From assembly GCF_006345805.1 (NCBI RefSeq), contig NW_021832913.1, positions 1 to 29,534 on the forward strand: 29,534 nt of DNA. Direction: 5' to 3'. This DNA is from Octopus sinensis (lineage: Eukaryota). Positions 10,032 to 20,815 of this stretch are shown here, piece by piece. The notes below the pieces were generated by a model that was not told the origin of the DNA, searched no databases, and was given only the letters and a program-made list of their open reading frames with translations. A program made the translations under genes and the position numbers. Each line of letters opens with the position of its first letter. Position 1 is the first letter of the stretch.

Positions 10032-10758
10032 TGTTAAAAGAAAATAACTTGTTTACTTAAGTTTTAACAACATCGCTTTTGAAATAGTCACCTTTCACAG
10101 CAATACACTAACCCCAGCATTCCTGCCACTATTGGAATCTGGCCTGAAAATCATTTTCTGTAAGCAAGTCGAGCACTTTCTGTGATTCACTCTTGATCAT
10201 GACAACAGAGTTAAAATGGCAACCTTTGAGCTGAATTTTTACCTTGGCAAAGAGATGGCAGTCTGCAGATGCTAAACCTGGCAAATAGGGCAAGTGTGGG
10301 AGTGATACCATGTTGTTTTTGGCAAGGAACTCAGATAGGGAGCATTGTCATCATGAGGAATCCACTTCTGTGTGCTCAATAGATCTGGTTGTTTAGCCGA
10401 ATGTCTTCCCTCAAATGCTTCACAACATCACAGTAAAATTCTCCATTGACTGTCTGGCCTTATGGGATGAATTCTTTATGCACAATACTGGTGATGTTGA
10501 AAAAACAATGAGCATGCTCTTGATTGAGCTACAGCTCTGTCATGCCTTCTTTGGTTATGGAGATGAAGGCCTCTTCCATTGGGATGAAAGTTGCTTCATC
10601 TCAGGGTTGTGCCCATAGACCCAACTCTTATCACCCGTGATGATCCTTGACATAAAGGCTGGGTCATCAGTGGCCTGCCAATGGAGATCTTGACAGACTT
10701 TGACATGATGTTCTTTCTGTTCAGTAGTCAGCAGGCAGGAGACAAACTATGTTAGCAA

Positions 10759-10797
<39 letters not shown>

Positions 10798-10804
10798 CAT
10801 ATGT

Positions 10805-11944
10805 ATTTAAAGAATGTAGTTGTGTAAAGATGGAATAATGTGAGATGCTCACCCCTTCACGGGAAGGAGTAAATTAAATACATAAAAATTCAACTACATT
10901 GACAGTTACATAAATTTGAAAATGAACACCCAGACAAGTCTGGAACACTCTTTCTGCTGAATTTCCAAATCAGGATCACAGAGGATGGTAACATTCACAT
11001 GAATCTTTACAAAAGAAGCAGTGACTAGGAATCTATTCATGCATTATGATTCAGCCCAGTCCACCAGAGCCAAAACTGCACACATACAAAATGAAATAAC
11101 ATGCATAAGGGACAGATGCAGTGAAGTAAGTGACAAAGCCATCAGCACGAAGCGGTTCCTCAGGAACTTAGCATGCAATGGCTATCCACCATCCACAGCT
11201 AAAAGGCTGCCTCTGTGAATCATGAAAGTGGGTAAACTACACAGAGAAGCCCATAACATCAGATCAGAAAAGTGCTTCCTTAGACTGCCCTACTTTGATG
11301 ACAGAACATCAGTAGCTATCCAATATGCCATCTGCAGGGAGAGACTTAACATACAGCTGGTACACACCAGTCTATCCCTGAAGAAAGCTCTATCAAGGGA
11401 AAATACCAAAGAGAGAACTGTGGGGTGCACACTCACCAACTGCCCCATCAATGACATCAAAACATGTAGTATATGAGGTCGTCTGCAATAAATGTGGGGC
11501 ACCCTACATAGGGAGCACTACTAGGAAACTACACATTCAAATAAACAAGGAAATGCAGATAGACACTTTGATAAAGAAACACCTCATAAAGTGCTAAACC
11601 CAGAATTTCAAAGTTTCCATCAAGGCAACACAACACAACAGGGGTAAAATTGAAACCAGTCATTAATGACAGGAAGAAACTATACGAAGCAGACTAGTTG
11701 TTATAGCAACAGCAACCTGCACATGTCACTTCTTCACTCCTTCACTGCCCCACCACACACATACTTCTGAGCAACAAACTTTTTCCAACCACCACTTTTC
11801 TGAATTTCTTGAAGAATGGGTCTTCATGCCAAAATATAGAAGTAAAAGGTAAAACTGCAACTTTGATCTTTTCCCTTTTCAATTTGTAGTTTAATTTGTA
11901 CCTTCTTGCATTGTTCTGGCTTTACACAACCACATTCTTTAAAT
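10805..11944 (+). mobile_element. Penelope-like element fragment (RT C-terminus, linker, GIY-YIG endonuclease, pLTR remnant)
   Basis: IKFENEHPDKSGTLFLLNF..NLYK..NLFMHYDSA; FLRLPY; CTLTNCP; VVYEVVCNKCGAPYIGSTTRKLH (from 11466). Terminal inverted match between 10805-10829 and 11920-11944. Confidence 0.85.
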
Positions 11945-11982
11945 CATACCTCAAAGTGCTTCACAAACTCTACCTCATTTTA

Positions 11983-12003
11983 ACACACACACATGCACAC
12001 TCA

Positions 12004-12067
<64 letters not shown>

Positions 12068-12108
12068 ATATATATACATATATATATATATATCTACATA
12101 TATATATA
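11983..12108. repeat. (CA)n-(TA)n compound microsatellite
   Basis: Read directly. Confidence 0.95.
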
Positions 12109-13288
12109 TTTTTTTTTCATTTCATCTAGTTTCAGCTCACAAGCTGTGGCCATGCTGGAGCACTGCCATTCGGTGTTGCTACATGATTTTACTTCACGAA
12201 TACTTTTCAGTAATTGACATTTGATGAATGAGAGAGTTTGATGCAGCTGCCCTCATCTGCACCTCCTGCCGTGAAGTTGGTTCATCTGGGACACCTGACA
12301 GGAAGAGGTCCAGCTTTATTTTAAAGACATCCGTATCCACCTCATGCAGGTCTCTCTGGTCCTTCGGGAGGATATTGAAGAGCCGTGGACCTCTGAAGCC
12401 CAGGCTATTGCGGTATCTTCTCCTACATCTTGAAGGTAAATTTGGAGTCCTTGGCACTATGCAGTGGTGCCCAGTTCTAGTATTTGTGTAACTCTCGATG
12501 CCAAAGTTTGGGACAAGTCCTTCTAGGATCTTCCAGATGTATATTATGGCATATCTTTCTTGCCTACGCTCTAAGGAATAGAGTCTTAATCTCTTGAGTC
12601 TTCTCCAATAGCTTATATGCTGCATAGAGGCTATCTTTTTTGTTGGATTGCCTCAAGTTCTGTGATTAATTTGACACTGGTTGGTGACCATAGCTGAGAG
12701 CAATAGTCAAAGTGGCTTAGGACAAGTGTCCTCAAAGGACCATCATGGTTTCCTGGTCTCTTGTTCTAAAAGCTCTAAGAATCCATCCGGTCAGCCGCCT
12801 ACATTTCATTGCCAATTTAGCAACATGCACATGAAACGTTCATCATTGCTCATGTAAATACCCAGGTCTCGCACTGATTGTGCCTCTGGGATTGCAATCC
12901 CTCCAGGTCCAGTGTATTTATTGGGTATTGCATTTAGTTTTGCATGCTGATAGCATAAAGCTTGAAAGTTTTCAGCATTGAACTGCAAGCTATTCTTTTC
13001 AACCCACTTGTATATTTCATCCAGCTCACATTGCAGGTGCATAGTGTCTTCAGGGTTCTGTATTACCTGTGAAACTTTTGTATCATCTGCATAACTTGTG
13101 ATCGTGGCTCTCTGCGTGGCTAAGGGCATGTCTGAGAGGGCCATTATCAACAGTAGCGGTCTCAAAGCAGTGCCTTGTGGAACACCGCTCACTATTTGCG
13201 TGTTATTGGAGGTGGCCCCATTGGCTACTACCACCTGACATCTATCCTTCAGAAAGTCATGAAGCCATTCTCCCAATTTTCCAACTAT
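12109..13288 (-). mobile_element. CR1-like LINE A, 3' part (late RT, C-terminus, 3' tail)
   Basis: SGVPQGTAL, SYADDTK, SVRDLGI, LYSLERRQERY and GVPDEP; tail GGCAGTGCTCCAGCATGGCCACAGCTTGTGAGCTGAAACTAG...A9. Confidence 0.93.
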
Positions 13289-13688
13289 AGTAGTAAGTAG
13301 CTGTTGGAACAGAAAGACGTGTTTCAGCTCGCTCTGACCAGTAAGTGGCTGTTGGAACAGAATACATATGAACCCAACTTTACAATTTTCAACTGAAAAC
13401 TCAACTGAAAATTCTTCCTTCTCAAAAACGACAAAGCCTTAATTCCAGTGAAAGCTACGTTTTTGTATCGTGAGCACGTATTATGAAAGATATAATACTG
13501 TAACGATAATATAATTATTCGTAAGTACACAATATTCCTATTAACAAACACACAATAGTTTACATTATCTCAGAACTATAACATATACCAGTACTACTGT
13601 CTCCTACTGTTCAATACACCACAGAAGTTGATATTTTGAATATTTCTATCCTTATTTGCCATTACCTATATTTATTACCTATATTTAC

Positions 13689-14179
13689 TGTTATTATCTA
13701 TATTCTTGTTGCACAAACAACTTGGTTAAGTGACCAACAACGAATCGAAGACACTGAAAAACAATAGGTAGCTCACAACAACAGTAACAAAAAAAATACA
13801 CATCTTTAAATATCGCAACTGGTCGTACATTGAAGTGGAAACTTCATTAACTCATGGTTCATTCTCTTTCAAACCAATAACATACATGCCTCAAACTTCA
13901 ATTTCATTGCTAAAAGAGTTGGCCATCTCTTTAATAACCCTGCTTCATATCTCACTGTGAGAAACCTGTAACCACGTGGATAAACTAGCCCGAAATTTTT
14001 TACTCACCACAGCCCATTTAATGTTATTATCTATATTTTTTTGTTGCACAAACAACTTGGTTAAGTGATCAACAACGAATCGAAGACACTGAAAAACAAT
14101 AAATAGTTCACAACAACAGCAACAGTAACAAAAAAAAACACATCTTTAAATATTGCAACTGGTCATATATTGAAGTGGA
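13689..14179 (+). repeat. ~150-bp direct repeat in LINE B 5' UTR (13689-13839 and 14022-14179)
   Basis: Both copies run from TGTTATTATCTATATT through GCACAAACAACTTGGTTAAGTGA and CGAATCGAAGACACTGAAAAACAATA to TTGAAGTGGA. Confidence 0.92.
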
Positions 14180-14538
14180 TACAACTACAACATTCACATC
14201 AGCAGCTAAAAGAACTAATAGACCCGTCATTATCATCATCATCATTGTTTCCATCTTCTACTGCTACTTCCCCTTCTTCATCTTCTCTCCCCCTCCTCCT
14301 GCTACTACTCTAGTGGCCAAAGCCAAACATTCATTCTACCTCGCCAGTGACCCATCCCAACCACTCTTACTTTCTCCATATCCCACCACCATAGCTCCAC
14401 TAACAACTCAAGTACCATTGCTACTACTACTACTATCTCAGCCAGTGTACAAAATCAACCACTGCTCCTTCCCCCTCTCCATTCAAGTCAAACAATTCTA
14501 AATCTCAAGCTATTCACAATCCACCGCCCACATAAACG

Positions 14539-15947
14539 ATGACGGGTAATGGAAATCCACGGACTGCCAGCTCAGAGAGCAACACTTGCCTGGCCACAGA
14601 CATCATATTGAAAATCATCTCATCAACACAAAATCAAGATATAAAAAGTGTCTTGTCGAAATATGATATCAAACAGGAAAGTGGAGCAATATACAAAAAT
14701 ATTTTCACCAACTGTAAGTTTACGATGTTAAAGAAAGCAGCAGCTTTCTTGAATGATGGTGTCCAAGTTGAGCTCACAAAACCAAACCTCACCAACTGGA
14801 TTATAGCAAGGATTGAAAACTTCCTCCCGGAGACTTGCAAAATGTGTGACAAACAGTACTGCATTACATTTGGCCAAAAACCAGCTTTGGCATGCTTCAT
14901 CTGTGGACAAGGAATACACGAAGCGTGCTACTTAAAAAAGATAAATAACCACATCATTCCAGATATTCTAGGACTACACTGGCTATGCAGTTATTGTTCA
15001 CCAAGGGCCAAATAACGAATGAACCTAGGACCCTACCACAGACAGGCCGTTCTAAACAGACATTGATTGGCGAAACTGACATGGCAAATAAATCCTGCCA
15101 CACACAGGCCATCCAAGTGCCTCTTGTAAATAACAAGAATGAAGACAATGACATGCAAACACCTACAAAACAAGAAACAGGAGATCTTGCAGAAAAAGAC
15201 CAAACTTCCCACGAAAAGAAACAGATCCAGAGCAAACGCTCAAATGAAGGAAGGCCAGTATGTATCCATTACAGGCGCAACAAGTGCAAACATGGTCTTT
15301 CAGGTACAGGGTGCATGTACAGTCACCCCAAACCATGCAGACCATATATCAACTTCGGTACTGATCGAAAAAAAGGATGCCAAAATGGCCGAGAATGTGA
15401 ACTCCTTCACCCAAAGATGTGCCGCAATTCGCTGAGAAAAAAAGAATGTTTTGGTGAGAATTGCAAATTTATGCACCGGAAGGGTACAATTCGCATAAAA
15501 ACTACTGAACCCACACCACCAGGACCAAGCTCAGCAGGGTATGAAAACCATTTCCCAAAAATGCGGAAACCAGGTCATGGCTCAGCAGGGTATGAAAACC
15601 ATTTCCCAAAAATGTGGAACACAGGTCATGGCTCAACAGTGAATGAAAATCATGCTACTCAATTGTATACATCAGCTGTAACAAACCCAAACTCGCAGAA
15701 ATTCGATATAGTAATGAATGAAAGCAGTTTTTTAGGCATAATCTACCAACTACAACAACAGCTGTACTCCATACAGACGACTCAGCAAAACCAGGCAACA
15801 TTGATACAAAGGCTGACACCTGGACTTACAGGGCACGTACAACAAATACAGACAGCCCAGCAGACCGAATATCCAGTCAGCACAGTCCCAGCAACTACAA
15901 CAGTCTTGCCAACAATAGGGCAGATGTATCCGGTACAACAAGCATAA
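14539..15947 (+). CDS. LINE B ORF1: PHD finger, three CCCH zinc fingers and a Q/T-rich tail (one frameshift near 15010)
   Basis: CKMC..CFIC..HEAC..WLCSYC (C4HC3), then Cx7Cx8Cx3H, Cx13Cx5Cx3H and Cx8Cx4Cx3H. Adding one A at GCCAAATA joins ORFs 14539-15015 and 14985-15947. Confidence 0.85.
15529..15653 (+). repeat. 51-bp in-frame tandem repeat (~2.4 copies; SAGYENHFPKMxxxGHG) in ORF1
   Basis: Units start at 15529, 15580 and 15631. Confidence 0.9.
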
Positions 15948-18931
15948 TAACAGCAAATATCCAGGGTCTTTATCCGAAAACAAAACAGTGTAAAGTCCCT
16001 TTCTTGGAAGAATTAGCAACAGAAAACAACTCCAAAATAATTGGAATTACTGAAAGTCATCTCAACGAAAACATCCGCAACAGCGAAATCACAATCAATA
16101 GATTCAACATCTTCAGATGTGATAGACAAGGCAGATCCCATGGGGGCGTTATCATGTATATCCATGATACCTATGCATGCATAGAACTTGTCAATGAATC
16201 AAATGCCTACTGCAACCTGCTGTGCATAAAAATCATCCAACTTAATACAGTTGTAACAATAATGTACAGACCGCCAAACAGCCCAACATTATCCTTCACT
16301 GAGCCACTGACGAAGCTCCAACAAATTCTGGGAAACATGGCAAGTCCAATGCCAGACATTATCCTCCTTGGTGACTTCAACTTCCCTAACATCATCTGGC
16401 CACATGGACACATACTAAAACTGGGGACAAAAGCTGAACAAATACAGGCAGCCAAACTGTTGGAAGTCACAGAGAAATTATACCTCAAACAAATGATGAC
16501 AGAAGCAACAAGAAATAATAATACGATCGACTTGGTTTTCACCAACAACGAGGACACGCTATTTGACCTTCACTCAACCCCAACAATCCTTTCAGACCAC
16601 AATATTATTGAAATGCATTTACACATTGGTAATGAGCCCAATGCCACAACTCTTAAACAAAAGGACATGCCAAAGCTATGCAGGTATGATTATCACCAGG
16701 CAATGGGAAACTATTAACAACCAGTTACAAATCATTGACTGGGATCTCTACCTTACTGGGCCAGATAAACACAAGAAATTCTTAAACAAGATCGAAGAAA
16801 TATGTGAAAAAAATGTTCCTCTAAAGAAAACCAAGTCCACAAAAAAACCTGTACCACGGGAGCGAAAGATCCTGATGCGCAAAAGGTCAAGACTAAGAAA
16901 CAAAACATCTAAGCTGACATCAAAACATGAATTACAGAAAGTCCTTGACCAAATATACAGATTAGAAGACAATCTAAAACAACACTATGATGAAGAACGT
17001 AACAATGCAGAAAAGAAAGCCATAGAAAACATCAAGAAAAATCCAAAATGTTTCTACAGTTTTGCAAAGAAATACTCGAACACCAAGTCAACAATAGGAC
17101 CTCTCCAGAGACAAAATGGGGATGTAGTGAATAACCCTATTGAAATGGCAGAAATGTTGGGTCAACAGTATGAAAGTGTCTTCAGTGAGCCATCTAAAAC
17201 CATGAAGATCCATGACCCAGGAAAATTCTTCAAGGATATCGACCATACTAAACCTACCCTATCCGACATTGATTTCAACCCAGAAGACATAGCAAGAGCA
17301 ATAGACAAGCTCTCCATGCACTCGGCTGCGGGGCCTGACGGTTTCAATGCCATGATACTTAAAAACTGCAAGGCACAATTGTCGAAACCCCTTTACATGA
17401 TATGGAGGGAATCTATGGAGAATGGCAAAATACCAAATACATATAAAGAAGCACACATAACTCCAATACATAAAGGGGATAGCAAATCAAAACCAAAGAA
17501 CTACCGACCATCTCACTGACATCACACATTATCAAGGTCTTCGAAAGAATAGTTCGTGGAAAACTGGTTGAGTTCCTGGAATCCAACAATCTGATGAATT
17601 GCAACCAGCATGGATTCAGGTTAGGTAGATCATGCCTTTCCCAACTACTGGCACACCATGACCAAATCCTAGAAAATCTAGAGAATGGATACAACACAGA
17701 TGTTATCTACCTCGACTTTGCCAAGGCATTTGACAAGGTAGATCATGGCATCCTGGGTCACAAACTTCGAAAGCTAGGAGTAGGAGGAAAAGTTGGTACA
17801 TGGATAAACGAGTTCCTTACAAATAGAACTCAAACAGTCACTGTGAATGGAACCCATTCAACACCATCACCTGTGACCAGCAGTGTTCCTCAGGGTACAG
17901 TACTCGGCCCAATCCTGTTTCTCATCCTCATCTCTGACATAGATGAAGATACAACCAGCAAAGTCTCATCCTTTGCTGATGACACCAGGGTCATGAGACA
18001 AATCAAAGACGAGGTGGATACAGAGGCCTTACAAAAGGACCTGACCACCATATATAAATGGCAGGAAACAAACAACATGTTGTTCAATGATAAGAAGTTT
18101 GAACTAATTCGCTACGGAACAGATCAAGATCTGAAAAATACAACAAACTACAGAAACCCATCAGGACAACAAATAATGGAAAAACAGTATGTGAAAGATT
18201 TAGGCATCCACATGGGAACCAACCTAAAATTCAGAGAACACCTTGACTCAGTCTGTCTTACTGCAAGAAAGTACAGTGGGTGGATCTTGCGCACCTTCAA
18301 ATCAAGAGATACCTCAACAATGAAAACCCTCTGGAACAGTATGATACTTCCGAGGATTGACTACTGTTCTCAGTTGTGGTCACCAACAACAAAGGGCCAA
18401 CTATCTAAGATAGAATCGCTCCAAAGAAATTTTACCTCATACTTCTCAGAAACGAGGGACCTGGACTATTGGCAAAGACTCAAAACCTTGAGGATGTACT
18501 CAATAGAAAGAAGATTTGAGCGATACCGAATTATATACATTTGGAAAATGATAGAGCAGAAGGTGCCAAACTTTGGTATCAAAACCTACCACTCACTGCG
18601 CCACGGAAGACGCTGCCAGCTGCCACCAATCAACAAAAAGGCTGGCCAGGCAGCAAAAACCCTGCGAGAATCAAGTCTGTTGGTTCGAGGAGCACAACTG
18701 TTCAACTCCATTCCGGTACATGTCAGAAATCTATCAGGATGCAGTGTGGAATCATTCAAATTGCAACTGGATAGATACTTAAGCACCATTAGAGATGAAC
18801 CCCATCTCCCAGGATATACACAACGAGCACAAACTGACTCAAACTCGCTCCTACACATGTCAAATTTAAGCAGAGAATACAACCTGGCAACCACACCAGA
18901 CTCTGAGGGTGGAGTCTTCGACTTGGCCTGA
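15722..18931 (+). CDS. LINE B ORF2: APE endonuclease and reverse transcriptase (frameshifts near 16702 and 17510, no nonsense codons)
   Basis: TANIQGL, GITESHL, MYRPP, LGDFN, IDLVF and SDH (APE); AAGPDG, NYRP-ISLTS, QHGF, YLDFAKAFDKV, VPQGTVLGP, FADD and KDLG (RT). Confidence 0.93.
15728..15734 (+). promoter_or_regulatory. Putative -1 frameshift slippery heptamer T TTT TTA (LINE B)
   Basis: In phase with ORF1 (agT TTT TTA). The -1 frame opens after TGA at 15719-15721 and is continuous with ORF2. Confidence 0.68.
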
Positions 18932-18966
18932 GCATGGACTCAAACCCAAATGAAATGAAATGAAAT

Positions 18967-20815
18967 GCCAAGATCATGCAGTTTGTGACATATTCCATGA
19001 TCGACTTTATCAAAGGCCTTTGCAAAGTTGAGATATATGACTTCCACATTTGAGTGGTTGGGCAGTTGTTTCAGCACCCAGTCATAGTGTTGTAGGAGCT
19101 GAGTTAGGCAGCTTCTTCCTGGTAGGAAACCATGTTGGGTGTCAGGCAGCAAGTTATTTTCTTCAAGGAAAGTGATTAGTGTCCTTCTGACTATTCATTC
19201 CATGACCTTGCTGATGTGTGAGGTCAGAGAGATAGGTCTGTAGTTCTTGGCCTCCACTCTGCTACCTGCTTTATGAATAGGGCATATTTTACCCTCCTTC
19301 AGTTTTCTTGGAAGTTTGCCAGTTGCAAGGAAGCTCTGAAAGAGGAACTGCAGTGGTCTTGCTAGGAATCGCTTACATACTTTTAGAAGGATTGCTGGGA
19401 ATCCATTGGGGCCAGTAGCTGAGTTTGGGTTCATTTCATCTATAGCCCTTATTACATCGTCTTCTTTTATATTGATATAATCAATCATCATTGCCTCTGA
19501 ATTTATATCTGCAGTGGTAAAGAAGTCAGTTGGATTGCTGACTTGAAAGTGCCCTAGGGGTGGAGTGAAAATACTTTTGAATTGCTCATTTAGTATTTCA
19601 CTTATCCTCATTGGATTTCCTGTGAGTGTACCATCTTTTTCAAGGAGTGGCCCTATCCTGCAGTGCACCGTAGCTGTTTCTTTGGCAAACTTGTAGAAAG
19701 CTCTGGGCTTGGATTTTATATTGTCTATAGCCCAGGTTTCTTTGTCAGCTCTTTCTTTTTCATGGGGGAGTTGCAGACATTTTTCAATTTTCAACAGTTT
19801 TATTTTCAGGCAGGACTTTTCACTGCTTTCAATTTGTTTGTTTAGGTGATTTGAAACTTTTGTACACCGTCTCAAGAATTTTCCTCTCTCTGGGGATTTT
19901 GTTCTTGTGTACAGTGGCCTTTCTCTCTGGGACACATTTGTAGCATATGGTTTGCATTACAGGCATGAATTGTTGAAGTTTCATGTCATTGTCTGGTGAG
20001 GAGAGACATTTAGGCCAGTTTTGTTTGAGGATCTCTTTCTCAATTTGTTTCCAGTTTGCCTTATGGAAGTTCAAGCTGGAAAGATTCTGAGAGTTTCTTG
20101 TAGGCTGCATGTCCATGCTTCCCTTTGGCCCATACATGGTCAGCTCTACCATGTTGTGATCCGAGAGTAGTGTCAGTGTCACTTTCACATTATGGATGAG
20201 ATCCATATTATTTGTGAAGCAGAGATCCAGTATGTTACCTACCCTGGTTGGTTGGAGTACTATTTGCTCCATGTACAGAGTGTTGATGAGGTTCAGGAGG
20301 GACCTTGCCTGTCCTCGTTCGCATTGTGTCATTCCTGGGAGAGAAAGGCCCTCGGGCCATCTGACATTGGGCAGATTGAAGTCTCCCATAAGAAGTACAC
20401 TTATGTGTTGTTCAAATGTGACTAGAACTTCTATTTTTGTAAGGCAGTCTTCAAACTTACCTACATGACTTGGAGCATCTGGAGGACGATATGTAGCATA
20501 TATAACTACACCGAGTGGCCTTATATGTACAATTAGTATGTCACACATTGAATTTGAGTATGACAAAAGGACCTGGAGTGTGAGGTCCTCGCGGATGTAC
20601 ATAGCAACTCCACCATAACTCCTTTCTTTTCTGTTGGTCCATAACACAACATACTGTGGTATGTGTATTTCCACATTTGCTATATCTGATTTCAGGTGTG
20701 TTTCCGTAAGTGCTATGCATAAGGCTTGATTGCATGCAACAATGTCTCTCAAGAAAGGGATTTTTGTCCTGTTACTGAGTGTTAGCAGTCCTCTGATGTT
20801 CAGTAAGCATGGAGA
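18967..20815 (-). mobile_element. CR1-like LINE A, 5' part (APE through early RT), 5'-truncated at the start of APE
   Basis: LLNIRGL, ALTETHL, TYRPP, MGDFN, SDH, ATGPNG, NYRPISLTS, QHGF and FAKAFDKVDHG, with several frameshifts. Confidence 0.93.

Larger units (their letters stand above)
8486..10758 (-). mobile_element. Mariner (DD34D) transposon remnant, split by a Helitron (parts ~8486-8520 and 10032-10758)
   Basis: Minus-strand IITGDKSWVYG (~10645-10612), WIPHDDNAP (~10358-10338), HLPYLPGLASADCHLF (degenerate YSPDLAP motif) and C-terminal WQECWG*CIAVKGDYF. TIR-like GGAGTGGTATTAAAAAGTTCCCAGA near 8488. Confidence 0.85.
13289..18966 (+). mobile_element. CR1-like LINE B, apparently full length and young, inserted antisense into LINE A
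   Basis: ~1.25-kb 5' UTR, ORF1, APE-RT ORF2 and (AATGA)n tail. The flanks rejoin as CCAACTATGCCAAGATC (LINE A peptide DLGIVGKLGEW) with a shared AT at 13287-13288 and 18965-18966. Confidence 0.93.

Noticed and set aside
14175-14501. 108-aa upstream ORF in the LINE B 5' UTR
   Set aside because: Non-ATG start, low-complexity composition and no recognisable domain.
15005-15015. Second programmed frameshift between the PHD and CCCH parts of ORF1
   Set aside because: No canonical slippery heptamer; a single missing A in a run explains it more simply.
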